From: an uncultured Candidatus Binatia bacterium
GTDB lineage: Bacteria > Desulfobacterota > Binatia > UBA9968 > JAJDTQ01
Assembly (NCBI GenBank): GCA_964291295.2
Contig: OZ219754.1
Location: 1,664,001 to 1,728,000, forward strand
Direction of reading: 5' to 3'
DNA: 64,000 bases
Made by a program: the position numbers and the translations under genes. A model generated the notes under the pieces. It was given only the letters and a program-made list of their open reading frames with translations, ran no database searches and was not told the DNA's origin. Each line of letters begins with the position of its first letter. The stretch's first letter is position 1. Below are positions 20,883 through 31,441 of this stretch, in pieces.

Positions 20883-22514
20883 ATGCCCATGACACCCGAA
20901 CTCCGGCGCGGCATCGACCGCATCCGCGACTATCTCTTCGGCGGCGGCTACCCGAACCCGGCCCAGAACGCCGAGCAGCTCAGCTTCCTGATCTACTTCT
21001 ACATGTACGAAGCGGCGGACGCGGCGCGGGTGCGGGCGGCGCAGCGGCCGGGCGCCGCACCCTACGCCAGCGCCTTCGAGGGCGAATGGCGCCTGCGCGA
21101 CTCGCGCAACGCCCGCAAGCCCGGTGCCGCAGCGGTGCCGCGCGAATTGCTGCGGTGGTCGTCCTGGGCTGTGGCGCTGAACGGCGAGCCACTGGTCAAC
21201 TGGGTGCGCGAGGAGGTCTTTCCGTTCCATGCGGAACTCGCCGCGAACGGTATCACCGACTTCATGGACGGCGCCCGTCTGGCCATCGACGAGCCGACCG
21301 TGCTCACTCAGGTGGTCAGCCTGTTGAACGACCTGCGTCTCGACCAGGTGGACGCCGATACCAAGGGCGATTTGTTCGAGCATGTGCTGCGCCAGATCCG
21401 CCAGGCCGGCGAACTCGGCCAGTTCCGCACACCGCGCCATGTCATCCGCGCCCTGGTGCGGCTGGTCGATCCGAGGATCGGCGAGACGATCTACGATCCG
21501 GCGGCGGGCACGGCCGGCTTCTTGGTGGGTGCGTGGGACCACATCCGCTTGGCCAATTCCTCACCCGCCGGGACCGAGGAGGTCGAGGCCGACGGCAAGA
21601 CCGTGCAGCGCGGCCTCGGCGACATGCTGAGCCAAGATGCGGTCAGGCAGTTGGAGGAGGCGACCTTCCATGGCGCCGATGTGGACCCGCAGATGGTCCG
21701 CCTCGCCACCATGAACCTGACGCTGCGCGGGCTGGACCGGGTGCGCATCCTGCGCCGTAATGCGCTCACCCGCTCCCTGGACCGCGCGGCCAAGGGGGAA
21801 CTCGGCCTGCCGCCGAGCGGCTTCGACGTGGTTCTCGCCAATCCGCCGTTCTCCGGGCGGCTGGACCGGGATCGCATGGTGGAGGAGGTCAAGGTCGGGC
21901 GCACGGATAAGACCGAGTTGCTGTTCCTGCAATACATGCTGAACCACCTGAAGGAGAGCGGGCGCTGCGGCGTGGTGGTGCCGGAAGGCGTGTTGTTCAT
22001 TTCGACCGGGGCATACAGGGAACTGCGCCGGCGGCTGGTGGAGAATAACCGCGTGGAGGCGGTGCTGTCGCTGCCGGGGGGCGTGTTCAACCCCTATTCC
22101 GGCGTCAAGACCTCGGTGCTGGTGTTCCGCAAAGGCGGCACGACGGAGCGCGTCATGTTCCTCCATGCCGACAACGACGGCTTCAAGCTCGACGCCAACC
22201 ACGACACACCCATCGACGAGGACGACCTGCCCGGCCTGATCGAGGCCTTCCGGGAGCGGGACGCGCGATGGGCGGCGTGGCGGGACCGCAACCCAGAAGA
22301 GAACTGGACCGAGAACTGGTGGTTTGCCGAGGCCGACGCCATCCGCGCCGCCGACTTCAACCTGAGCGCCAACCGGCATAGGCCGCTGAGCCGTGCGAGG
22401 GTAGAGCACCGCAAACCGCTGGAGATTCTGGAGGAACTGCGAGGGATCGAGACGCAGATACTTGGAGAGATTGATGAATTGACCGAAGCAGTGCGGGGGG
22501 CGACGGGGGAATGA
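20883..22514 (+). CDS. hsdM: type I R-M methyltransferase subunit (N6-adenine)
   Basis: GQFRTP, YDPAAGTAGFL (SAM binding), NPPF catalytic motif; alternative GTG start at 20874. Confidence 0.93.
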   Translation: MPMTPELRRGIDRIRDYLFGGGYPNPAQNAEQLSFLIYFYMYEAADAARVRAAQRPGAAPYASAFEGEWRLRDSRNARKPGAAAVPRELLRWSSWAVALNGEPLVNWVREEVFPFHAELAANGITDFMDGARLAIDEPTVLTQVVSLLNDLRLDQVDADTKGDLFEHVLRQIRQAGELGQFRTPRHVIRALVRLVDPRIGETIYDPAAGTAGFLVGAWDHIRLANSSPAGTEEVEADGKTVQRGLGDMLSQDAVRQLEEATFHGADVDPQMVRLATMNLTLRGLDRVRILRRNALTRSLDRAAKGELGLPPSGFDVVLANPPFSGRLDRDRMVEEVKVGRTDKTELLFLQYMLNHLKESGRCGVVVPEGVLFISTGAYRELRRRLVENNRVEAVLSLPGGVFNPYSGVKTSVLVFRKGGTTERVMFLHADNDGFKLDANHDTPIDEDDLPGLIEAFRERDARWAAWRDRNPEENWTENWWFAEADAIRAADFNLSANRHRPLSRARVEHRKPLEILEELRGIETQILGEIDELTEAVRGATGE

Positions 22515-23656
22515 GCTTCCCCATAGTACAATTGGGTGAACTCTGCGAGATGGATCGCCACGGACTTGGCCCGAACGACCGTGCTGCGGCAGAGCTTCCC
22601 TTCGTGGGAGTCGAAAACGTTGAATCTCAAATCGGTATTATCAATTTCGGCAATGGTTCGCGTGTCGGGAGTCAAAAAAGCACGACCTTCCGGTTCGACG
22701 AACGCCATATTCTCTACGCAAAGCTCCGACCGTATCTGAACAAGGTCGCAATTCCTGACTTTCCGGGAAGATGCTCGACCGAACTTGTCCCGCTTCGACC
22801 TCGGGAAGGCGTAGACCGTGAGTTCGTTGCGCATCTGCTTCGGCGGAATCAGACCGTCGAATATGTTATGATGTCTGTGACCGGATCCAGAATGCCGCGA
22901 ACCAACATGAAAGCGCTGATGTCGCTGCCGGTCCCCTTCCCACCGCTTTCCGAGCAGCGGCGGATCGTTGGCATCCTGAACCGGGCGGCGCGGACTAAGC
23001 GACTGCGAAAGCAGGCGCAGGAGTTGATGCAGGAATTCATGCCCGCGCTGTTCGTCAAGATGTTCGGCGATCCCGCCACAAATCCGATGGGGTGGCCAGT
23101 TTGCGCACTCCGCGAAATCTGCGTGGCAGATCGTCAAGGAATGGACTCAGATAACCCGGCTGCGTCGCTGCTTCCGTTTGTGGGCGTCGAAAATATCGAA
23201 TCGCGGACAGGTACGATTAACCTCAATAACGATTCGCGGACAGGCAGTCAAAAAAGCACTACTTTTCCGTTCGACAAGCGTCACGTTCTCTACGCGAAAC
23301 TCCGGCCATATCTGAACAAAGTCGCCACTCCCAATTTTGCTGGCAGATGCTCTACCGAGTTGATCCCATTCATCCCCCGAGATGGTGTTGTTCGCGATTT
23401 CGTTGCGCAACTGCTTCGGCGAAAAGAGACCGTTGACTATGCTATGGCATCGGCAACCGGCTCCCGAATGCCTAGAACCGATATGAATGCGTTGCTCTCA
23501 TTGCCGGTGCCGTGTCCTCCGCCTGATGAACAGGCACGATTCGCGACACTTGCGAAGGCGGCACAAGCCACGGTCAGGCGTATGGAGATTGCCGGTCAGA
23601 TTGCTGTAACACTGAATGCGTCCATCATGTCCCGGCTCTTAGGCCAGACGGGGTGA
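22511..23656 (+). CDS. hsdS: type I R-M specificity subunit with two highly similar TRDs
   Basis: PPLSEQRRIV and FGDPATNPMGW conserved regions; ATGA overlap with hsdM. Confidence 0.92.
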   Translation: MSFPIVQLGELCEMDRHGLGPNDRAAAELPFVGVENVESQIGIINFGNGSRVGSQKSTTFRFDERHILYAKLRPYLNKVAIPDFPGRCSTELVPLRPREGVDREFVAHLLRRNQTVEYVMMSVTGSRMPRTNMKALMSLPVPFPPLSEQRRIVGILNRAARTKRLRKQAQELMQEFMPALFVKMFGDPATNPMGWPVCALREICVADRQGMDSDNPAASLLPFVGVENIESRTGTINLNNDSRTGSQKSTTFPFDKRHVLYAKLRPYLNKVATPNFAGRCSTELIPFIPRDGVVRDFVAQLLRRKETVDYAMASATGSRMPRTDMNALLSLPVPCPPPDEQARFATLAKAAQATVRRMEIAGQIAVTLNASIMSRLLGQTG

Positions 23657-23855
23657 CCAACCGCGTGTTTTGGGATAGAAAAAGCGAGTTGATGTCGGAA
23701 CCCCTTGGCCAGGATAGGCAAGGGTGGTTTCAGCATATTACTGGGATCGAGTATCCTCCCCGCAGCCAGCCTCTCGGGATACTTCAAGTGAGCCGGCGTC
23801 GGTTGGCTCCACATCCAGCGCTTGTGGAAGGCCTCTCGCACTTGAGGGACCGCCG

Positions 23856-25544
23856 ATGATCCACCGTGTCACGGTCAAGAACTTCAAACGCTTTCGTGAA
23901 CAGAAATTCGATTTATCGGAATCGGTTGTTTTGGCCGGGCCGAACAATGCCGGAAAGTCGACGCTGCTTCAAGTGATTTCAATGTGGAAGCTCGCCCTCC
24001 ATCGGTGGGTTTCTCAGCGAGAAGGAAGTCGGGCGGTCAGACGTTCGGGAGTCTCAATACCGCGAACCGATATTACAGCCGTGCCACTCCGGGAAATGAA
24101 TCTGCTGTGGGAGGACAGGAAGGTTACTGGTCCACAGGGGATGTCCGGAACACCGCGACTTATCGAGATCGTCGTGGAAGGTATTGAGGACAATGAACCT
24201 TGGACCTGTGGAATCGAACTCCAATACGCAAATCCGGAACTGGTGTATGCCAGACCCAACGGCGCGAAAGACCTTGATCGCGAAGCGATCCAGGACTTTC
24301 CGCCGGCGGCCGCGAAAGCTCTGGGAATTGTTCATGTGCCGCCACTCTCGGGGATCGAGCGCGATGAACCGCGGCACGACCGCGGAATGCAAGATCTGCT
24401 CGTCGGTCAGGGACGACCGGGAGAAATTCTCAGAAATCTGCTGCTGGAAATAGCCGAGAGTGGCCATGCGACAGACTGGGAAGACTTGGCAAAGCAGATC
24501 TGTGACTTGTTCCAGGTGGAGTTGCTGAAGCCTGTCTACTCGCCCGCCCAGCCGTACATCGTGTGCGAATATCGTGAACTGAACCACAAGGGGGAGCACA
24601 GCAGGCCCCTTGACCTCTCCAATGCTGGAAGCGGAACCCTTCAGGTGCTCCTTCTCCTTGCCTTTCTGTATGCGCGGCCCGCCACTGTGATCCTCCTGGA
24701 TGAGCCCGATGCGCACCAGCACGTCATGCTGCAAGGCCAGGTCTACGACCTGATTCGCAAGGTTGCACATGATCGACGAGGCCAAGTGATTATCGCCACT
24801 CACTCGGAGGTTGTGCTTGATGCGACAGAACCGGAACGCGTGCTCGGTTTCTTCGGCGAGACACCTCGTGCATTGACGAGCGAAAGAGAACGTAACCAGG
24901 TTCGCGAGGCACTCAAGCGCGTCACCACCACCGAACTGTTGCTCGGTCGACAGGCTGGAGGAGTACTTTATGTGGAGGGAGAGACGGATGAGAGAATTCT
25001 GGAGAAATGGGCGCGCATTCTCAATCACCAGTCTCATGAATATCTTAAACACCCATTTGTGTACTGGCTCCGTGGAAGAAGTCTTCGCGAGGCAAAAGCG
25101 CATTTCTTTGCCATGAGGGCGGCATTTCCTCAGATCCGCGGGCTTTGCCTGGTTGATGGAGACAATCTCGATGAGCCGGATCAAGAGACAACGAGTGCTG
25201 GATTGAAGGTTCTGCATTGGCGACGCTATGAAATTGAAAATTATCTTCTACATCCGGCGAGTATCGCGCGTTTCGTGGACTTTCCATTGATGCAGCCCAA
25301 AATTGAGGAGTGCTTCTGGCGGCAGGTACCACGGAAAACTGATTTGTTTGGAGACCATGTCGCGCTTGCACGTATAAAGGCAAGTAACGAGTTCTTGATA
25401 CCCTTGCTGAAGAGTGTCGGGAGGGACCTGCATAAACGGGATCTGTATTTGTTGGCTGCCATTATGCAAAAGAGCGAAATCCATCCGGAAGTCGGCGAGA
25501 AACTTGACGCAATCGCAAGTGTGTTGAAGCCAGGTGTGAGATAA
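23856..25544 (+). CDS. ABC-type ATPase fused to TOPRIM-like nuclease (OLD/PARIS-like)
   Basis: Walker A GPNNAGKS, signature-like GSG, Walker B LLDEPDAH, ATHS; C-terminal YVEGETD...VDGD...YEIENY. Confidence 0.85.
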   Translation: MIHRVTVKNFKRFREQKFDLSESVVLAGPNNAGKSTLLQVISMWKLALHRWVSQREGSRAVRRSGVSIPRTDITAVPLREMNLLWEDRKVTGPQGMSGTPRLIEIVVEGIEDNEPWTCGIELQYANPELVYARPNGAKDLDREAIQDFPPAAAKALGIVHVPPLSGIERDEPRHDRGMQDLLVGQGRPGEILRNLLLEIAESGHATDWEDLAKQICDLFQVELLKPVYSPAQPYIVCEYRELNHKGEHSRPLDLSNAGSGTLQVLLLLAFLYARPATVILLDEPDAHQHVMLQGQVYDLIRKVAHDRRGQVIIATHSEVVLDATEPERVLGFFGETPRALTSERERNQVREALKRVTTTELLLGRQAGGVLYVEGETDERILEKWARILNHQSHEYLKHPFVYWLRGRSLREAKAHFFAMRAAFPQIRGLCLVDGDNLDEPDQETTSAGLKVLHWRRYEIENYLLHPASIARFVDFPLMQPKIEECFWRQVPRKTDLFGDHVALARIKASNEFLIPLLKSVGRDLHKRDLYLLAAIMQKSEIHPEVGEKLDAIASVLKPGVR

Positions 25545-25818
25545 CGAAATCATGCACACCGACTCAAATAGCGGCGAAGTTCGTATAGAGGGGTGCCGTT
25601 CGAATGGGGATGAACGGGACATATGAAAGCTCGAGAGCGTGGATACCGATGTGTAGTGCATCGCTGAACGGCAAGAAATCCAGCGTTGACAGGAACCGCG
25701 GTGCGATTACCGGCTTCATGGCCCGCCGCCGGTGAGGAGCGACCAGAGTTGCCGGCAGTTGGCGCTGGTTGATTTGCCGATTCAGATGTGGCGAAAGTTT
25801 CGCTAGTGGAGAAGAGCT

Positions 25819-26874
25819 ATGGTTCATCTGAATAGCTTCAAGGCTGTCAAGTACCGCGGCATCAATGGTCTCGATTTGCCACAGTTGTCCAAGGCCAACT
25901 TGATTACAGGTCTCAATGGTGTTGGAAAGACAGCATTGATCGAGGCAATGTGGCTGTTCACTGAGCGATTCAATCCTCGCCTACTGTGGAACGCCAACGT
26001 GCAGCGTACCCTTAATCCTCCTGCCGATCCCATTTCACGATTGACTGTTGGTTTGTTGGAGCTTTGCGGGTCAGAGAACGGGACATCTCACAAGGTGAGG
26101 TGTATTTTCGAAGGAATCGATAACACTTCGATGAACGGGAGATTCTCGAATGCGATACCAGAAGGCTCAGGGAGACTGCCACCAGTTATCGGGTTCATAA
26201 GAACCTACCTTGATGGCAATCTTGTGAAAGATGGACAGGAGAGCATACATGTGGCGCCGTCGGGAGTGGTGCTGTATCAATCACCGGGCGCATCGGTGGG
26301 GCGTGCCAGTTGTGTCATGGAGGGTACGATAGTGCAACACGAGACACCGGCGGCCGAATACCTTAAATGATACTCAACCCTTGTCAGAGAAGGGCTTAAA
26401 AAAGAGTTGGTGAAGGCTGTCAATTGGGTCTCAAAGGGGATTGAAGATGTCGAGATTTTGACCGATGACAGCGGGGAATCGTATCTGTCCGTAACGATTC
26501 CGGGCAGGAAGCCCCGGCCGCTTCACGATCTTGGAGGTGGGGCTGTCAGGCTGGTTCGACTGCTACTCGGGTTTTTTGCCTCCCGAGATGGAGTCCTTCT
26601 GTCGGACGAGATGGAGAACGGTATTCATTACTCTGCGCAGCGGGAAATCTGGGCTGGAGCACGCCATTGGATGAATCGATGGAACGTGCAGCTTGTGGCA
26701 ACGACCCACAGTGGCGAGTTCATGGATGCGGCCATCGACGCTTTTGCAGACTGCCCATCGGATCTCTCGATCCACAGGATTTATCAAGACAGGGATACAG
26801 GCCGACCGGCGGTCGCGACGTTCACCGGCGAGGCACTTGCAGGGGTTCGGGCACTTGACCTGGAGGTCAGGTAA
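25819..26874 (+). pseudogene. AAA_15/AAA_21-type ABC ATPase interrupted by in-frame TGA at 26368-26370
   Basis: GLNGVGKT lies before the stop; LGGG, LSDEMENGIH and ATTHS lie after it in the same frame. Confidence 0.82.
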
Positions 26875-27545
26875 TGCCGGGAACAAGTTCAATCATGGAT
26901 CAGAAAAGGAGGCAGAAAAGGAGGCAGAAAATTGAAGCCGATCAACTCCTGTTGGTCGAAGGCAAGGATGAAGTCAGTCTGTTCGATGCGTTGATTCGGT
27001 GCCGCCTCCCCCAAGCACGGGATATTTAGATCATCGACGTCGGGGGAAAAGACAAATTTTCGGAGATCCTGCGGGCGATTCGAACCGAAGCACAAACTCG
27101 CCCGACCCTCAAGCTCATCGGCATAGTCAGAGACGCGGATGATAATCCTGAAGGTGCTTTGCAAAGCGTCCGCGACAGTCTACGCAAAGCCCACCTTGAG
27201 CCGCCATCGTGCCATGGAGAATTCTCGAACGCTTCGCCTCCGGTCGGGGTGTTCATCGTCCCGGATGGCAAGGCGTGTGGTGCCGTGGAGACCCTGTGCC
27301 GCCGCTCTGTGCAAGACTCGCCCACCGCTGAGTGCGTCGAACAGTACCTGAATTGCCTTTCCGAGCATGATGCTCTGAAATCGAGAAGTGGGGACAAGAG
27401 CTTCACGCATGCTTATTTGGCTGCCATGCGTAACCCGGTAGCACGGGTGGGAGAAGGCGCGCATCAGGGCGCATGGAATTTCGACTCCCCGGCTTTTGAG
27501 GGCCTCGTGTGCTTCCTTCGTTCCTTCCCATTATTGGCGCAATAG
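26874..27545 (+). pseudogene. DUF3226-like TOPRIM-fold protein interrupted by in-frame TAG at 27027-27029
   Basis: Manual translation gives LLLVEGKDE...RDI*IIDVGGKD...GIVRDADDN...VGVFIVPD...GAVETLC; ATG overlaps the ATPase TAA. Confidence 0.78.
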
Positions 27546-27678
27546 GATTGCGCGCAACAGGATTTCGTTTGGAACCGGCGGCCCTGCTTGTTTTTCCCAG
27601 GACTCGTTGACATGGTGCGTAGGCACTAACCCGGGCCGGTGCCCCGATACAGCCCAGCCACCCCCACGCCCCGCTCCC

Positions 27679-28881
27679 CTATTCCACTCGCTCCACGATG
27701 GTGGCGATGCCCTGTCCCACGCCGATGCACATGGTGGCCATGCCGTAGCGGCTTCCGCGGCGTTTCATTTCGTGGATCAGCGTCGTCATGATTCTTGCGC
27801 CGCTGCAACCCAGCGGATGGCCGAGGGCGATGGCGCCGCCGTTGACGTTGACCTTGTCCGGGTCGAGGTCGAGTTCCCGGATGCAGGCCAGCGACTGGGA
27901 CGCGAAGGCTTCGTTGATCTCCACCAGATCGAGTTGATCGGCGGTGAGTCCGGCCCGTTTGAGGGCCTTGCGGCTGGCGGGGATGGGGCCGATGCCCATG
28001 AAGGCGGGGTCGACTCCGGCCACCGCGGCGGCGACGATCCGGACCATGGGTTTCAGCTTGAGCGCCTGCGCCTTTTCGCGGGAGGCCATGAGCAGGGCTG
28101 CGGCGCCGTCGGACAGCGGTGAGGAGTTGCCTGCGGTGACCGTGCCGTCCTTGACAAAGGCCGGCCTCAGGGCCGCGAGCTGCTCCAGGCTGGTGTCCGG
28201 ACGCGGGCCTTCGTCCCGGCGGTGCACCACCGGCTCGCCGCGCCGCCGGGGTGCGGCCACGGGGATGATCTCGTCGTCCAGCCGTCCCGCTTCCTGGGCC
28301 GCCACCGCATTGCGATGACTTCTGAGCCCGAAGGCGTCCTGTTGCGGGCGGCCGACTCGGTACTTCTCCGCCACGTTCTCCGCGGTCTGGCCCAGACTCA
28401 CGAGGGGATACAGTTCGCCCATGCGGGGGTTGGGGAAACGCCATCCAAGCACGCTGTCGTAGACCGTGACCTCGCCGCGGGCAAACGGGACGCTGCCCTT
28501 GGGCATCACCAGGGGCGCGCGGGTCATCACCTCCACGCCGCCGGCCACGAACAGGTCGCCCTCCCCGACGCCCACCGCCCGCCCGGCTTGGTTGACGGCC
28601 TCCAGCCCGGAACCGCACAGGCGGTTCACGGTGGCCCCGGGCACCGACTCCGGAAGGCCGGCCAGCAGGGAGGCGTTGCGGCCCACATTGCGGCAGTCTT
28701 CCCCGGCCTGGTTGGTGCAGCCGAGAAGGACGTCCTCGACGCTCTCCTTGGCGATGCCGCTCCGGGCTATCAGTTCGGCGATGACGTGGGCCGCGAGATC
28801 GTCCGGCCGAATGTCCTTGAGGATTCCTCCGTAACGGCCCATGGGAGTCCGGACGGCATCGATGATCAAGGCTTCGGGCAT
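27679..28881 (-). CDS. paaJ: thiolase (3-oxoadipyl-CoA thiolase, PaaJ/PcaF-like)
   Basis: [25 protein letters not shown] motifs; paa-like context. Confidence 0.88.
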   Translation of the reverse strand: MPEALIIDAVRTPMGRYGGILKDIRPDDLAAHVIAELIARSGIAKESVEDVLLGCTNQAGEDCRNVGRNASLLAGLPESVPGATVNRLCGSGLEAVNQAGRAVGVGEGDLFVAGGVEVMTRAPLVMPKGSVPFARGEVTVYDSVLGWRFPNPRMGELYPLVSLGQTAENVAEKYRVGRPQQDAFGLRSHRNAVAAQEAGRLDDEIIPVAAPRRRGEPVVHRRDEGPRPDTSLEQLAALRPAFVKDGTVTAGNSSPLSDGAAALLMASREKAQALKLKPMVRIVAAAVAGVDPAFMGIGPIPASRKALKRAGLTADQLDLVEINEAFASQSLACIRELDLDPDKVNVNGGAIALGHPLGCSGARIMTTLIHEMKRRGSRYGMATMCIGVGQGIATIVERVE

Positions 28882-28953
28882 GAAGTGCCTTCCTGCGCCC
28901 GAGGGGCGCGTTGCGGACGACAGGGTGCGGTGATCCGGCGGCGGACGGACCGG

Positions 28954-29766
28954 TCAGGCGGATTCGTCGTTTTCCTGCGGGTGTTGATTTCCCTGCGAGC
29001 GTTCTTCCCGCGAGCGTTCGTTTCCCTGCGAATGTTCTTCCTGCGAATGTTCGTAGAAGCCCCGCCCCGTGGCTTCGCCCAACCGCCCGGACGCCACCAG
29101 CTTTTTCAACAGCGGCGCGGGCCGGTAGCGGTCATCCCCGGTCTCTTCCTGGAGCCCCTCGATGACCGCAAGCACCTCGTCCAGGCCGATTTCGTCGGCC
29201 CAGCGAAGCGGACCCTGGGGATAGTTCGTGCCCAGCCTGAGGGCGGTGTCGATCTCCTCGGCGGTGGCGATTCCCTCGTCCAGGCTGCGCGCCGCCTCAT
29301 TGATGATGAGGCTCAGGATACGCGGGAACACCAGGCCGGGCGCGTCCTTTGTCAGTACGCTCTGCTTGTCCAGGCTGCGCACGAAGGACTCGGCGGCCTG
29401 TACCGCGGGGTCGCCGGTATCAAGTCCGCGCGTCAGTTCGATGATGCGGCGCCGCGCCAGCGGGCGGAACGTGGCGAAGCCGACGACCCGTTCCGGCCGC
29501 TGGCTCCAGCAGGCGATGGTGGTGGCGGACCAGCGGACGCACGATGTCAGCACCACCGATGCGTCCGGCACCGCGCGGTCGAGTTCTTCCAGCAGGCGCT
29601 GCTTGTCCTCGCGCCCGCGGGGCAGGGTGTCCACCACCACGTCGGCTTCCGGGTCCACGTCGGCGGCGCGCCCGCAGCGGCTCGCGGCCAACCCGCGATC
29701 CAGAGCCAACCGCAGCCAGTCGTCCGCCAGACGGCTGCTCCCGACCACCGCCACGCTACGGCTCAT
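28954..29766 (-). CDS. 3-hydroxyacyl-CoA dehydrogenase family protein (PaaH C-terminal-half-like, degenerate NAD site)
   Basis: IINEAA...[15 protein letters not shown]...GRGFY; lacks GxGxxG; C-terminal 15-nt repeats. Confidence 0.82.
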   Translation of the reverse strand: MSRSVAVVGSSRLADDWLRLALDRGLAASRCGRAADVDPEADVVVDTLPRGREDKQRLLEELDRAVPDASVVLTSCVRWSATTIACWSQRPERVVGFATFRPLARRRIIELTRGLDTGDPAVQAAESFVRSLDKQSVLTKDAPGLVFPRILSLIINEAARSLDEGIATAEEIDTALRLGTNYPQGPLRWADEIGLDEVLAVIEGLQEETGDDRYRPAPLLKKLVASGRLGEATGRGFYEHSQEEHSQGNERSREERSQGNQHPQENDESA

Positions 29767-30616
29767 AATCGTAGAACCCCTTTCCGGTCTTCCGTCCGAG
29801 GTGTCCGGCCAGATACAGCTTCTGTTGCAGGGGGCTCGGCCGGAAGCGGGGGTCTTCGAACAATGCCCGGTAGAGCGTTTCGGTGGCGGTGAAGTTGACG
29901 TCGATGCCGATGAGATCCTGAAGTTCGAAGGGCCCCATGCGGAAGCCGCCGGCTTCGCGCATGACGCGGTCCACGGTCTCCACGTCGGCCCCGCCGTCGC
30001 CCAGCACGCGCAGGGCCTCGTTGTAGAACGGCCGGGCGATGCGGTTGACGATGAATCCGGGGGTATCCTTGGCGCGGACGGGCGTCTTGCCGAATCTCCG
30101 GGTGATTTCCACCGCCCTGGCCATGGTGGCGGCGCTGGTGCGTTCGCCCTGCACCACCTCCACGAGCCCCATCAGCGGCGCCGGATTGAAGAAGTGCATG
30201 CCGAGTACGCGGGAGGCGTCCTTGACCGCGCCGCCAATGGCCGTCACCGACAGCGATGAGGTGTTGGTGGCCAGCAGCGTTTCCGCGGCACACGCGGCGT
30301 CCAGCTTCCGGAACAACTCGCGCTTCACCTCAAGGCTCTCGGTGGCCGCTTCGATGACCAGCGCGGCGTCGGCAAGCTCCTCCAGCGCCCGTGTCCCCTT
30401 GAGGCGCGACAGGATCCTTTTCTCCGTCTCTTCGTCGATGTTCCCCTTCTCCCGGCTGCGTCCGACAAAGCCGCGAATTCTCTCCAGCCCGCGGTCGATG
30501 AATTCCTGGGAGACATCGCACATCACCGCCTCGAACCCGCCCTGGACCGCCACTTGGGCGATGCCGGCGCCCATGGTGCCGGCGCCGATCACCCCGATCT
30601 TGTTGTCGTTGACCAT
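29756..30616 (-). CDS. paaH: 3-hydroxyacyl-CoA dehydrogenase (PaaH N-terminal-like)
   Basis: GAGTMG, ATNTSS, GMHFFNP, PGFIVNR. Confidence 0.88.
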   Translation of the reverse strand: MVNDNKIGVIGAGTMGAGIAQVAVQGGFEAVMCDVSQEFIDRGLERIRGFVGRSREKGNIDEETEKRILSRLKGTRALEELADAALVIEAATESLEVKRELFRKLDAACAAETLLATNTSSLSVTAIGGAVKDASRVLGMHFFNPAPLMGLVEVVQGERTSAATMARAVEITRRFGKTPVRAKDTPGFIVNRIARPFYNEALRVLGDGGADVETVDRVMREAGGFRMGPFELQDLIGIDVNFTATETLYRALFEDPRFRPSPLQQKLYLAGHLGRKTGKGFYDYEP

Positions 30617-30658
30617 GATGGATCTTCCCGGAGGGAGCCCGCGGGTCCCGCCGAAACC

Positions 30659-31441
30659 CTACTCCCCCTCGAACACGGGCGCGCGCTTCTCCGTGAATGC
30701 CCGAACCCCCTCGTCGTAGTCGGCGCTCCGGCCGGCGATCTCCTGGATCGAGGCTTCGTATTCGAGCTGCGCCTCAAGCTCGCGGTACATGGACCGGTTG
30801 AGGGTCCTCTTGATCAGGCCGATGCTGCGCGGCCCGCGCGCCAGCCGTTCGGCCAGCGTCCGGGCCTCCGCGGCCAGCTCCGCCGCCGGAACGACCTTGG
30901 TGACCAGCCCGTGGCGGAGCGCGTCCCGGGCCGGCAGGGGTTCCCCCAGCAGGAAGAGCTCGGTAGCCTTGCCGAGCCCGACGAGCCGCGGCATGAAATA
31001 GCTGCCGCCGCAGTCGGGGCCCAGGCCCACCCGTACGAACGCTTCGATGAAGCGTGCGTTCTCCGAGGCAATGCGCAGGTCGCAGGCCAGCGTGAGGTTG
31101 CACCCGGCGCCCGCGGCCACGCCGTTGACGGCGCAGACGACGATCTTGTCGGTCCGCCGGATGGCCAGGATGATGGGGTTGTAACGGGATCTCAGGGACT
31201 CGCCCAGAGACCCCTTCCGCTCCGGGGAGCGGTCCTTCAGATCCTGGCCGGCGCAGAAAGCCCGGTCGCCGGCTCCGGTGAGCACGAAGCAACGGACCGC
31301 CTTGTCCCGGCTGCCGTCCTTGAGGGCGACCAGGAGTTCGCGGTTCATCTGCGCGGTGAAGGCGTTGAGTGCCTCAGGACGGTTCAGGGTGATGGTGGCG
31401 ACGCCGTCCCGCTTCTCGTAGAGGATCGTTTCGTAGCTCAT
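30659..31441 (-). CDS. paaG: enoyl-CoA hydratase/isomerase, PaaG-like
   Basis: AFCAGQDL, VNGVAAGAG, GLGPDCGGS (PaaG-type Asp). Confidence 0.82.
   Translation of the reverse strand: MSYETILYEKRDGVATITLNRPEALNAFTAQMNRELLVALKDGSRDKAVRCFVLTGAGDRAFCAGQDLKDRSPERKGSLGESLRSRYNPIILAIRRTDKIVVCAVNGVAAGAGCNLTLACDLRIASENARFIEAFVRVGLGPDCGGSYFMPRLVGLGKATELFLLGEPLPARDALRHGLVTKVVPAAELAAEARTLAERLARGPRSIGLIKRTLNRSMYRELEAQLEYEASIQEIAGRSADYDEGVRAFTEKRAPVFEGE

Noticed and set aside
25592-25620. gtgccgttcgaatggggatgaacgg resembling a frameshifted BrnT start (FEWDE)
   Set aside because: Too short, and no continuing similarity.
26368-26400. Selenocysteine reading of the TGAs at 26368, 43680 and 52990
   Set aside because: Not in Cys/redox motifs; downstream hairpins are weak and expected by chance, unlike 39200.
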